From Arcobacteraceae bacterium (GTDB lineage Bacteria > Campylobacterota > Campylobacteria > Campylobacterales > Arcobacteraceae), in assembly GCA_965224485.1 (NCBI GenBank), contig CBDCZH010000015.1, positions 384,001 to 448,000 of the forward strand: DNA of 64,000 bases, written 5' to 3'. The stretch's first letter is position 1, and the number at the start of each line of letters is the position of its first letter. This document shows positions 22,267 through 32,293 of this stretch, one piece after another. Below the pieces are notes generated by a model that saw only the letters and a list, made by a program, of their open reading frames with translations, was not told the origin of the DNA and searched no databases. The position numbers and the translations under genes were made by a program.

Positions 22267-22721
22267 TGAAGAAAATATTACTTCTACTGCTTTTATATTC
22301 TTCCCTCTTTTCTTTTGAAAAAGAAGAAAATGATAATTTTATTAAATATAGTATAAAAGCTTCTTATGAAGATATAGTTTTTTCAATTCTTGATGAACTA
22401 AGCATTAGAGGTTTTATTTTAACATATAGGGCAAATATAGGAAAAAATGTAAATAAAACTTCAAAGTTTTTTTACAAAGAAGAGCTATTTATAAAGGCAA
22501 ATAAAATAGGATTTTGTAAAAGTACTCTTAGTTTAAAAATGATTAAAGAAGATAATAATAATTTAATTTATTGTCCCTTGTCTTTAGCTATATATGAGAA
22601 AACTAAAGGGGAAATAATAATACTCTACCAGAAGGCAAAAGCCCTAAAAAAAGGAGATATTATAATGAAAGAGGTAAATGAGATTATTAATAACTTAATT
22701 ATATCTACACTAAAAAACTAA
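22266..22721 (+). CDS. Exported DUF302-like protein
   Basis: Signal peptide; FC...YCPLSLAIYE pattern. Confidence 0.65.
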   Translation: MKKILLLLLLYSSLFSFEKEENDNFIKYSIKASYEDIVFSILDELSIRGFILTYRANIGKNVNKTSKFFYKEELFIKANKIGFCKSTLSLKMIKEDNNNLIYCPLSLAIYEKTKGEIIILYQKAKALKKGDIIMKEVNEIINNLIISTLKN

Positions 22722-22748
22722 GTGTCTTTTTAAAATTGATAAGCATTA

Positions 22749-25004
22749 ATGATATTTAATAACTATTTAGGTATACTACAAAAAACTTATTATAGGAAAA
22801 AAATGCCTTCTTCTTTGAAGATAGAAAATAGTGATTTAATTTTTAATACATCTAATTATAATATTCTTATTGTAGAAGATTCAAAATCAGTTAATAAAAT
22901 ATTATTTAATACTTTTAATGAATTAAAATATAATTGTTTTAGCTCTTTTTGCTTAAAAGAAGCCTATGATATTTTACAAAATACTAAAATTGATTTTATA
23001 ATGTTAGACATAAACTTACCAGATGGTAATAGTTATGAATTAATTAAAAAACTTGAAAACTCACCTGAAAAAATATTTGTTTTAACTACAGAAACAGATA
23101 CTCAATTTAGAGATTTAACCTATCAAAAAGGTGTAATTGATTTTATTTTAAAAGATAAAGAATTTTTCCATAAAATCCATGAAATTCCAAAAACTATAGA
23201 AAAACTAGAAAAAAACAAATTTAAAACTATTTTAGTAGTTGAAGACTCTATTGTAGTACAAGAACAAATAAAAGATATTTTTGAAAATAGACAATATAAG
23301 GTAAAAGTTGCCTTTGATGGAAAAGAAGCTTTGACTATCTTACAAGAAGAAACAATTGATTTAATTCTTTTAGATTTAGAGCTTAAAAATGATAATGGTT
23401 TAACTTTTTTAAAAAAGAATAAACAAGAAATAATTAATTTAAAGAAAATACCAGTTATGATTATTTCTGGAAATATTACATCTTCTATTATTAGAGAAGC
23501 TCTTAGAAATGGAGCTATTGATCTTATTAAAAAACCATATGTTACAGAAGAACTTATTTTAAAAGTTGATTTATGGATAGATTATAGAAGAAAAGATGAA
23601 GAATTAATTGATTCAAAACAAATCTTGCAAGAATATAAAGATAGTGTAGATGAGATTTCAATTGTTTCAAAAACAAATAAAAATGGAATTATTACTTATG
23701 TAAATGATAAGTTTTGTGAAATTTCAGGTTACAAAAAAGAAGAACTTATAGGTAAAAATCATAATATCGTAAGACATGAAGATAGTTCTTCTTTAATATT
23801 TAAAGACTTGTGGAATACGATTAGTATCTCAAAAAAAGCCTGGCAAGGTAATATTAAAAATAAAAGAAAAGATGGAAGTTTTTATTGGGTAAAAGCCCTT
23901 ATAAAACCTATTTTAAATAAGAATAATGAAGTTATTGAATATATTGGTTTAAGAACAGATATAACAGAAGATATTAAAGTAAAAAATTATTTTAAAAATA
24001 AACTTGATACTACTTCTCTTAATTTAAATGATGCTATTAATTTGTCAAAAGAGTATGAAAATGCAATTAATGAAAGTAACGTGCTTTCAAGATTAGATTT
24101 AGATTTTAAATATACTTATGTTAATGATAAATTCTGCTTGTTAACTGGTTTTACTAGAAGTGAATTATTAGGACAAGCTCAGAAAATAGTGATTCATAAA
24201 GATTTGGATAACGCTGTTATAGAAGAACTTCAAAGCGTAATACAACAAGGTAACATTTGGAGAGGGATAATACACAACAAATCTCAACAAGGCGAATATT
24301 ATTGGGTTAATACAACAGCACTTCCTATAAAAGACGAAAAAGGAAATATTCTTGAATATCTCATAATAAGACAAGATATAACAGAGTTATTTGAACTTCA
24401 TAAAGATATAGAAGAAACACAAAGAGAAATAATATATAGAATGGGTGAAGTAGGAGAATCAAGAAGTAAAGAGACAGGGAATCACGTTAAAAGAGTTGCT
24501 TCTTATTCAAAAGAGTTAGCTCTATTAGCTAATCTTAGTAAAGAAGATGCTCATTTATTATTTACAGCTTCGCCTATGCATGATATTGGCAAAGTAGGAA
24601 TTGCTGATGTAATACTTAAGAAACCAGGAAAACTAACTAAAGAAGAGTTTGAAATAATGAAAACTCATGCAGAAATAGGTTATAGTATTTTGAAAGATTC
24701 AAATAAACCAATACTTAAAGCTGCTGCTATTGTAGCTTTAAGCCATCATGAGAAATGGGATGGAACTGGTTATCCAAATTCTTTAAAAGAAGAAGAAATA
24801 CATATTTTTGGTCGTATTACAGCAATTGCTGATGTATTTGATGCCTTAGGAAGTGCCAGAATTTATAAAAAAGCTTGGAAGGATGAAGAAATATTTGAGC
24901 TTTTTAAAGAACAAAGAGCTAAACATTTTGATCCAAGTCTTATTGATTTATTTATGAATAATCTTCCAATATTTTTTAAAATTAGAGATACTTATGTTGA
25001 TTAA
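22749..25004 (+). CDS. REC-REC-PAS-PAS-HD-GYP c-di-GMP phosphodiesterase
   Basis: Two receiver domains, two PAS domains, MHDIGK and HHEKWDGTGYP. The real start may be 22803. Confidence 0.9.
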   Translation: MIFNNYLGILQKTYYRKKMPSSLKIENSDLIFNTSNYNILIVEDSKSVNKILFNTFNELKYNCFSSFCLKEAYDILQNTKIDFIMLDINLPDGNSYELIKKLENSPEKIFVLTTETDTQFRDLTYQKGVIDFILKDKEFFHKIHEIPKTIEKLEKNKFKTILVVEDSIVVQEQIKDIFENRQYKVKVAFDGKEALTILQEETIDLILLDLELKNDNGLTFLKKNKQEIINLKKIPVMIISGNITSSIIREALRNGAIDLIKKPYVTEELILKVDLWIDYRRKDEELIDSKQILQEYKDSVDEISIVSKTNKNGIITYVNDKFCEISGYKKEELIGKNHNIVRHEDSSSLIFKDLWNTISISKKAWQGNIKNKRKDGSFYWVKALIKPILNKNNEVIEYIGLRTDITEDIKVKNYFKNKLDTTSLNLNDAINLSKEYENAINESNVLSRLDLDFKYTYVNDKFCLLTGFTRSELLGQAQKIVIHKDLDNAVIEELQSVIQQGNIWRGIIHNKSQQGEYYWVNTTALPIKDEKGNILEYLIIRQDITELFELHKDIEETQREIIYRMGEVGESRSKETGNHVKRVASYSKELALLANLSKEDAHLLFTASPMHDIGKVGIADVILKKPGKLTKEEFEIMKTHAEIGYSILKDSNKPILKAAAIVALSHHEKWDGTGYPNSLKEEEIHIFGRITAIADVFDALGSARIYKKAWKDEEIFELFKEQRAKHFDPSLIDLFMNNLPIFFKIRDTYVD

Positions 25005-25043
25005 TAAAAGTATACAAAAACCTTAATATTAAAAGTGTTATTA

Positions 25044-27155
25044 TTAAGCAAAAGGAATAGTTATCGTAAAAACTGCACCTTCCTTTGTATTTCTAACACT
25101 TAACTCTCCTTTGCAATGTTCATCTATTATAGTTTTACTCATATATAAACCAAGTCCTGTTCCATCTTTTTTTGTTTTTGTAGAAAAATAAGGATCGAAA
25201 ATTTTACTCATTATATCAGGAGGAATACCACCTGCATTATCACTAACTTCTAAAATAACTTCATTTTTATTTGAATATGTAAATAATTTGATATATGGAT
25301 TTTTTATTTTGTTATCAAGTAAGATATCATCTGCATTTTTTATTAAATTCAATACTACTTGTTTTATTTCATTTGGATAAGTTAAAAAGTTTTTAGAACA
25401 AGAAAATTCTTTTATAATATTTATATTTTTTGTAGCAATTGAATCTTCTACAATATTTAAAACATTTTTAATAATATCATTAAAGTTAGTTTCACTTTTT
25501 TCTTTATTTGGTCTAAAAAATTCTCTAAAATCATCAATTGTTGTGCTTAAATGTTTGGAATTTGCTGTGATTTTATTTGTTAAGTCTAAGGTCAACTCTT
25601 TATTTAGTTTTCCTAATTGTGCTTTTAAATTTAAGGCTAGACTTAAAGAACTAATAGCGGCAAGAGGTTGTCTCCATTGGTGTGCAATCATAGAAATCAT
25701 TTCTCCCATTTGTGCTAGTCTTGCTTGTTGAGCTAATTGTTCATCTTTTAGTCTATTTTTTTTTACTTCAAAAGTAATTTTTTCTTTAAGATTTTTATTT
25801 AACTCTTCTATCTTTTTCTTATCGCTTATATCTTGCCTTGTAGAGGTATAAGCACTAATCTTACCATGAGAAACCACAGGTGTAACTGTAGCAATAACCC
25901 AATAATATTCTAAGTTCTTTTTTCTATTTTTTACCTCACCTACCCAAGTATCACCTTTAGATATAGTTTCCCAAAGATTTTTAAAAGTTTCGTCTTTCAT
26001 GTCTTTATGTCTTAATATTTTATGTGATTTACCTACAAGTTCACTTTTTTCATACCCAGAAATTTTACAAAAAGCCTCACTGCAATCAATTATAATTCCT
26101 TTTAAATCAGTTGTAGATGAAATTACATTTTTATCAATTATTGCACTTAATACTTCTTCCTTTTTAATAAACACAGTTAATAAATAAATCATAAAAAAAC
26201 TAATAAAAAGTGCAAGAATACCAATACTTACAAAAAAAGTTAATTCCTGTGTTGTGTCTTTTCTTTTATTAGAAATATATGTCAATATATTTTTACTTAA
26301 TAAGTCATCAATAGTTTTAAGATGTTCAATTTTTTTACTTACCTTATCAAACCAAAAATCAAGATTTATATCAAAAGAATTAATATCAGAAGTATTTAAA
26401 ATTGTATCTCTCATTTGGGACACTTGCATAAAAACTTTTGACTCAAAAGAGTACTTATAATACTCTTTTAATTCATCACTTGCATATTTAAAGAAAAAAT
26501 CATTATATAAATCTTGCTTTGAAATCAAAGTATTGAATTTATGTATAATAAAATGACTTTTATTATTATTGGATAATATATTTACACCCAAGGCTCTTTC
26601 TAAACCTGCGAACTCCTTAGAATAAAGAAAATTAATATAAGCAGTTATATTTTGTGAAATTATATTTTTATTAGAAGTTTTGGATATATGGATAATAATA
26701 TTTAAAAGTTTTGAGTTAATTTGAGAATAAAAATCAATAATATCTGCTTCTTTTAAACCTAATAAGCTTATTTTTTTTCTAATCTCTCTTAATACTTTAA
26801 TATCAAGAAAATCCAAAATTTTATGATTTCTTTTACTTAACATACTATGGTTTTTTATATATAATCTTATATCTTGATAAGAAAAATCACTTGCTATTTG
26901 CTGTTTTAATAGTTTATTCTTAAAGATTTTACCCTTATTTACAGTATATGCAACAGAAGTACCTCTTTCTAATTGTATCTCATGTAATAGTTTTGAAATT
27001 TTTGTTGCTAGGACTATTTGAGTATCAAGGTTGTGCAAAGAATCATATTCATTTATTTTTGTTTTTAATAAACTAAGAGTCATCAGTAAAAAAATAATTC
27101 CAAGAAGAACAATAAGAATTAATATCTTTCTTTTAAATTTAAGTTTTTTAAGCAT
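25044..27155 (-). CDS. NIT-domain/PAS sensor histidine kinase
   Basis: HEIQLERG and KEFAGLERA (NIT), PAS, IAHQWRQPL, DNAGGI, GTGLGLY. Confidence 0.88.
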   Translation of the reverse strand: MLKKLKFKRKILILIVLLGIIFLLMTLSLLKTKINEYDSLHNLDTQIVLATKISKLLHEIQLERGTSVAYTVNKGKIFKNKLLKQQIASDFSYQDIRLYIKNHSMLSKRNHKILDFLDIKVLREIRKKISLLGLKEADIIDFYSQINSKLLNIIIHISKTSNKNIISQNITAYINFLYSKEFAGLERALGVNILSNNNKSHFIIHKFNTLISKQDLYNDFFFKYASDELKEYYKYSFESKVFMQVSQMRDTILNTSDINSFDINLDFWFDKVSKKIEHLKTIDDLLSKNILTYISNKRKDTTQELTFFVSIGILALFISFFMIYLLTVFIKKEEVLSAIIDKNVISSTTDLKGIIIDCSEAFCKISGYEKSELVGKSHKILRHKDMKDETFKNLWETISKGDTWVGEVKNRKKNLEYYWVIATVTPVVSHGKISAYTSTRQDISDKKKIEELNKNLKEKITFEVKKNRLKDEQLAQQARLAQMGEMISMIAHQWRQPLAAISSLSLALNLKAQLGKLNKELTLDLTNKITANSKHLSTTIDDFREFFRPNKEKSETNFNDIIKNVLNIVEDSIATKNINIIKEFSCSKNFLTYPNEIKQVVLNLIKNADDILLDNKIKNPYIKLFTYSNKNEVILEVSDNAGGIPPDIMSKIFDPYFSTKTKKDGTGLGLYMSKTIIDEHCKGELSVRNTKEGAVFTITIPFA

Positions 27156-29148
27156 TAAAATTCGTTTCTAAAGGTTTTGGTTTTCCAAAAAAATATCCTT
27201 GAGAATAATCAACACCTATTTTTTTTAAGACAGTGTAAATTTCTTCATTTTCGACAAACTCACCAACTGTTTTTATATTTAGTTTTTTAGCAAAATCTAC
27301 TATTGTTTTTACTACATTTAAAGAGTAATTATCAATATGAATATTTTTAATTAAACTTCCATCAATTTTTATAATATCTGGACGATAATCTAATAGTCTT
27401 GAAAAATTAGAGTGTCCCGAACCAAAATCATCAATAGCAATTTTTACATTATACTCTTTGATTTTTGATATAAACTCTTTCATAAGATTAAAGTCTTTTA
27501 TCTCTTCATCTTCTAAAAGCTCAAATACAATTCTATGGGCATCATTTTTATATTCTTCTAATAAATCAAATATCTTTTTTTGTGTTGATTTTTTTTCAAT
27601 ATCAATAGCAGATAAGTTAATTGTTAAATCTTTCTTGGTCTTTTTAAGATTTGCAAATGCTTGTTTTATTACAATAGCTGTGATTTGAGAATAATATTTA
27701 CCTTTTTTTGCTGTATCTAAAAAGAAATAAGGACTTAAGATCTCACCATTTTCAGTTCTTAACCTAACTAATGTTTCATATTTTACAATTTCTTTTGTAT
27801 CATTATCTACTATTTCTTGAAAATATGTAATGATATTATTATTATCAATTGCATATTTTATCATTTTTAATGTACTTAGATTATTCTGAGATAATTTTCT
27901 CTCTTTTTCTACAAGATCATTAGAAATCATAAAATCTTGTTTAATTTCTATTAGTTTTTGAAGACCTAAGCTTGCATTTTCATAAGGGTTCTCCTTATAA
28001 GCAGCACTTATTATAATAGAGATATCATAATCAATCCCTTCTACTTTTAATTGGGCTTCTTCGATATTATTTTTAAAGTCATGTAAGTTATTTATTAATT
28101 TTTCATCGCAAACTTCATTAGTTACATTGTCTTTCACTATGGCAAACTTACCATTATCTAAAAGAAAAAACTTATCAAAAGTACACTCAAGAGGAAGAAA
28201 TTCATTAAATCTTTTAGAAAATTCTATCTCGATTCTATTAGAAATATTTAAACCATAATATTTTTGTATATCATTAAAACGTTCAATATTTATTAAAATA
28301 ACGGTAGGGTTTTTCATAGATTCTACTAAATCAATTAACTGTCGTTCTTGATTCATTAGTTCTGTAATATTTTCATTTATTGAAATATATTCGATTATAT
28401 TATTATCAAGGTCTAAAATAGGTTTAATAGATGCTTGCAAGTAAAAACTTTTTCCATTTTTACTTATAGCTCGCATAATACCTCTCCAAAGAGATTTTTT
28501 AGTTTTTATTGTGTCCCATACCTCAGCAGATCTCTCTTTTGGGTTATTTGGATGAATCATTATAGTATGACTTTTTCCTATGATTACTTCTCTTGAATAT
28601 TGAAATATTTCACAAAAAAGATCATTTACATAAGTAATATTACCTTCTAAATCCATTTTTATCACAATTGAACTTTTGTCAGTTATTTCTTGATACTGTT
28701 GCAAAAGATGTAAATGATTATTTGATTCATTAGAAAGTTTTATTTTTGATATTATTTTTGATAAAGCAGTTAAAAATTGTTCCATTTCTATTGGTTTTAA
28801 TAAATAACCATCAACTCCTAGTTTTATGCTTTCAAGGAAATATCCAGATTCATTATAAGCAGATAAAACTAAAATAGGAATGTTTTTATTTAACTCTCTT
28901 ATTTTTTTAGTCATTTCTAAACCATTTAATTTTGGCATATTAATATCAGTAATAATAAGATCAAAAGAGTTATCAAATTTTTCCAAAGCATCTTCGCCGT
29001 CAACTGCAAGTACAATTTTTTTGAAGAATTCTTCAAATATCAGTAGGGTTGCATCTCTTGCACTTTGATTATCTTCTACATATAAAAGTTTTAAGCTATT
29101 TGAATATTTAATTATATTTTCTAATTCATGCAAACTAAGCCTCTTCAA
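27148..29148 (-). CDS. REC-PAS-degenerate GGDEF-EAL protein
   Basis: N-terminal receiver, PAS, ETL.RL and IDDFGSG. Confidence 0.88.
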   Translation of the reverse strand: MKRLSLHELENIIKYSNSLKLLYVEDNQSARDATLLIFEEFFKKIVLAVDGEDALEKFDNSFDLIITDINMPKLNGLEMTKKIRELNKNIPILVLSAYNESGYFLESIKLGVDGYLLKPIEMEQFLTALSKIISKIKLSNESNNHLHLLQQYQEITDKSSIVIKMDLEGNITYVNDLFCEIFQYSREVIIGKSHTIMIHPNNPKERSAEVWDTIKTKKSLWRGIMRAISKNGKSFYLQASIKPILDLDNNIIEYISINENITELMNQERQLIDLVESMKNPTVILINIERFNDIQKYYGLNISNRIEIEFSKRFNEFLPLECTFDKFFLLDNGKFAIVKDNVTNEVCDEKLINNLHDFKNNIEEAQLKVEGIDYDISIIISAAYKENPYENASLGLQKLIEIKQDFMISNDLVEKERKLSQNNLSTLKMIKYAIDNNNIITYFQEIVDNDTKEIVKYETLVRLRTENGEILSPYFFLDTAKKGKYYSQITAIVIKQAFANLKKTKKDLTINLSAIDIEKKSTQKKIFDLLEEYKNDAHRIVFELLEDEEIKDFNLMKEFISKIKEYNVKIAIDDFGSGHSNFSRLLDYRPDIIKIDGSLIKNIHIDNYSLNVVKTIVDFAKKLNIKTVGEFVENEEIYTVLKKIGVDYSQGYFFGKPKPLETNFNA

Positions 29149-29333
29149 TTTTTTATTATTATGACATAACTTTAATAAATAAATTATATTTTTTCTTTAA
29201 TCATAATATTATTTTTATAATATGCAAAATTTGAATTATATATTTAAGTTCTAAAAAAGGTGATAGTGTATACTTAATAAAATTATTTTTAAAAAATATA
29301 TAAAAAAAATTACTAGTTCTTAGTATTTAAAAA

Positions 29334-30095
29334 TTATTTAAGTTCACCACTTAAAATACTAGGATAATTATTTAATAGATTTTTTTTTCTTTCAGCTATA
29401 ATATTGTCATCAAAACTTTCTTCATTTTTATACTCATAAATTATAGTGCTTGGACTTGAACTTAAAAAAATTATTCTACTTGATAAACATAAAGCTTCAT
29501 GCAAATCATGAGTAACTAAAACTACTATTGGCAAGTATTCTTTATACAATTTATATATTAATTTTCTTAAATCTTGGGCTCTTGGATAATCAAGTGAAAT
29601 AAAAGCTTCATCAAGCAATAACAACTTAGGTTTATTAATGAAAGCTCTAACTATTGAGACTCTTCTTTTCATTCCACCTGAGAGTTCTTTTATATATGAG
29701 TTTATATAATTTTTTAAACCAACTTCACATAAAAATCTTTCAATTTCGCTCTCATCTTTATTTTTGCAAACCAAAAGAATATTCTCTTTTACACTCAACC
29801 AAGGGATAAGTCTTGTATCTTGAAAGATATATCCAAGATTATTTATATCTTGTGAATCTTCATATTCAATCTTGCCTTCAAAATTCTTTTCTAAATTGGC
29901 TATTATTCTTAATAAAGTTGTTTTTCCACAACCAGAAGGTCCTATTATAGATATAAATTCTGCTTTTTTTAGTTTTATATTTATATTAGCTAATATTTTT
30001 TTTTCATCAAAAAACTTATGTTCTATATTTATCTCAAACATATTATCTCCATTTATTGAGCTTTTCTTCAAAAACTTGTAGAATAAAAAATTCAA
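29334..30095 (-). CDS. NitT/TauT-family ABC ATP-binding protein
   Basis: GPSGCGKTT, LSGGMKRR, VTHDL. The real start is probably MFEINI at about 30041. Confidence 0.88.
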   Translation of the reverse strand: MNFLFYKFLKKSSINGDNMFEINIEHKFFDEKKILANINIKLKKAEFISIIGPSGCGKTTLLRIIANLEKNFEGKIEYEDSQDINNLGYIFQDTRLIPWLSVKENILLVCKNKDESEIERFLCEVGLKNYINSYIKELSGGMKRRVSIVRAFINKPKLLLLDEAFISLDYPRAQDLRKLIYKLYKEYLPIVVLVTHDLHEALCLSSRIIFLSSSPSTIIYEYKNEESFDDNIIAERKKNLLNNYPSILSGELK

Positions 30096-30783
30096 TCAAT
30101 AAAACAACAATAATAAAAGCAAAAGAGTATGCAAAAATTGAAGTTATATCAAAAAATTGAAAAAACATGGCTAACTGAAATCCTATTCCCTCACTTTGTC
30201 CTAAAAGTTCAACAAGCAAAACAATTTTCCAAATAAGAGATAAACCTGTTCTTGCACTTGCCATAATATATGGGTAAATTTGAGGTAGGTAAATTTTAGT
30301 AAAAGTATCATACCAAGATATATTATAAACCTTTGAAATCTCTAATAGTTCTTTATCTATGGCTTTACATCCTTCTCTAATTGTAACAATTACAGTTGGG
30401 ACTTTATTTATAACTACTGCTAAAATAGCAGAAAAATCATTTAGTCCAAACCAAATATAACATAAGATTATGCTTACTAGTGCAGGAATATTAAGCCCTA
30501 AGATTAACAAAGAGTCTAATTTATCATCAATACTTTTATTAGCTCCCATTAAAATACCAAAAAATATTCCAAAAAACATAGCTATAAAAAAAGCAATAAA
30601 CACCCTATATAAAGTAATACTTAAGTGATAAAAAAGTTCATCTTCAAAGCCATGAAAATACAATGACTTTAAGACAGTTACAGGGCTTGGAAAGAGTTCA
30701 CTATTTATCATAATACTTAGTCCTTGCCAAAGCAAGCAAAGAATAAATAAAGACAATAAGCGAGATTTTTTTGTTTTTACCAT
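30043..30783 (-). CDS. NitT/TauT-family ABC permease
   Basis: FPSP, LNIPALV..LCYIWFG, WKIVLLVELLG. Confidence 0.88.
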   Translation of the reverse strand: MVKTKKSRLLSLFILCLLWQGLSIMINSELFPSPVTVLKSLYFHGFEDELFYHLSITLYRVFIAFFIAMFFGIFFGILMGANKSIDDKLDSLLILGLNIPALVSIILCYIWFGLNDFSAILAVVINKVPTVIVTIREGCKAIDKELLEISKVYNISWYDTFTKIYLPQIYPYIMASARTGLSLIWKIVLLVELLGQSEGIGFQLAMFFQFFDITSIFAYSFAFIIVVLLIEFFILQVFEEKLNKWR

Positions 30784-31745
30784 TTTATATTTGGACTAAA
30801 ATCCCAAAAAGTACCTTCTTGCAACTTGGTACTTTTTCCAACAAGTTTAGTCCCTCCCATTTTGGATAATATATTAAATACTTTTTTTGCTGCATCTTTT
30901 TCTTTATTACTAAAACTCTTAGGAATTCCAGCCTTATAACCTTCAATTAAAGAATGATATACTTTCTCATTTTTAACCTTCATTTGTTTTTTTAAACTTT
31001 TCCACCCTATTCCATCATTTAAAAGTTTTTTAGTTTCATAAGAAGCCTGTAAAAATGCATTAATTAATTTTTTATTTTCATTTGCAAATTTTTGTGAGAA
31101 AACCCAACCAATTATAGGAATTTCTTCTTCTATTCCAAACTCTAATAAGATAGTTTTCATTGATAAAATATTTTTCATTCCTTTTGCTTTTAATCTTGCG
31201 TTAAAATGCCAAAAATTAATAATCCCAGATAAAGAAGAATCTAAAATCTTTTTATTTAAAATTGGAGGGGAAGCAAAAGTAACGTTTACAATATCTTTTA
31301 AATCTTTTTTGTATTTCTTTAGACTATAAGCTCTTGTTATTAACCATGTTTTACTTACAGCTCCACCAGAAACCCCTAATCTTTTATTCTCTAAGTCTAA
31401 AATGGAAGAAATATTATCTTTGGGGTTTACATATAAACCTCCTACTGCTTTAGAATAAGGATAAAATGTAAAATCAGCTCCAGCTGCTCTTTGCCTTGAG
31501 ACCCAAATAAAATCACTTACAATAATATCAACATCATTTGCTTGAAGAGCAATTGATACTGCATTTTTTGAAGCTAGTTTTTTAACTTCTAAATCAATTC
31601 CATATTTAAGTGCAAGTTTTTTCTTTTGCATAAGACTTAATTCCCAGTTTACTGTTCCATAAGCTAAAATACCAAGTCTTAATTTCTTTAAAGCATAGGC
31701 ATTTGTTGTAAATACATATAATAAAACTATTAGTAAAATTTTCAT
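30777..31745 (-). CDS. NitT/TauT-family ABC substrate-binding protein
   Basis: Signal peptide; GTVNWEL, IVSDFIWVSRQR, FWHFNARL. Confidence 0.85.
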   Translation of the reverse strand: MKILLIVLLYVFTTNAYALKKLRLGILAYGTVNWELSLMQKKKLALKYGIDLEVKKLASKNAVSIALQANDVDIIVSDFIWVSRQRAAGADFTFYPYSKAVGGLYVNPKDNISSILDLENKRLGVSGGAVSKTWLITRAYSLKKYKKDLKDIVNVTFASPPILNKKILDSSLSGIINFWHFNARLKAKGMKNILSMKTILLEFGIEEEIPIIGWVFSQKFANENKKLINAFLQASYETKKLLNDGIGWKSLKKQMKVKNEKVYHSLIEGYKAGIPKSFSNKEKDAAKKVFNILSKMGGTKLVGKSTKLQEGTFWDFSPNIKW

Positions 31746-31768
31746 GAGTTCTCCATCAAGTTTTTTTA

Positions 31769-31800
31769 ATTGTATTGTTATTTTATAGCCTGATTATAGC
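31769..31800 (-). promoter_or_regulatory. Regulon promoter for the NitT/TauT-type ABC operon
   Basis: Sense strand GCTATA-ATCAG-GCTATA-N9-TACAAT. Confidence 0.85.
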
Positions 31801-31821
31801 AATAATTATTTTTTAAAGAAC

Positions 31822-31853
31822 GCTATAATCAGGCTATAAAGAGAATATATACT
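31822..31853 (+). promoter_or_regulatory. Regulon promoter for the cytochrome c550 operon
   Basis: GCTATA-ATCAG-GCTATA-N9-TATACT. Confidence 0.85.
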
Positions 31854-31881
31854 TCTTAAATATAAATATTTAAGGATCAAA

Positions 31882-32292
31882 ATGAAAAAGTTAAAATATA
31901 TAAGTTTAGCACTAGTAACCCTATTTACCTTTGGTTTTTCCCATGGAGATGTAGTTCCTCAAGCTGTTGATACACAAGGACTAAAAAAAGTTGATGCAAG
32001 TGTTCTTATTAACCCTTATAGAAATAATCCAAAAGCAATACAAATAGGAAAATCAGGATATAACACTAACTGTGCTCGCTGTCACGGACTTGGAGCAATT
32101 TCAGGAGGAATTGCTCCTGATTTAAGAGAACTTCCAGCTTTTGATGATGAGCTAGATGAGTATTTTATTGGAAAAGTTCAAACAGGAGTAATAAGAAATG
32201 GTAATGTTTATATGCCTCCTTTTAAAGATGTTCTCTCAAACGAAGCAATTTGGGCTATTAGATCTTGGATAGAAACTGTTCCAGCAGATTAA
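31882..32292 (+). CDS. pedF: Cytochrome c550, electron acceptor of the PQQ-ADH (PedF/ExaB)
   Basis: HGDVVPQAVDT, NPYR, NCARCHGL.AISGGIAPDLR, YMPPF. Confidence 0.93.
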   Translation: MKKLKYISLALVTLFTFGFSHGDVVPQAVDTQGLKKVDASVLINPYRNNPKAIQIGKSGYNTNCARCHGLGAISGGIAPDLRELPAFDDELDEYFIGKVQTGVIRNGNVYMPPFKDVLSNEAIWAIRSWIETVPAD

Positions 32293-32293
32293 C

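Noticed and set aside
31782..31840. Terminal inverted repeats of a MITE or IS
   Set aside because: Better explained as two oppositely oriented regulon sites, each with its own -10; no transposase or target duplication seen.
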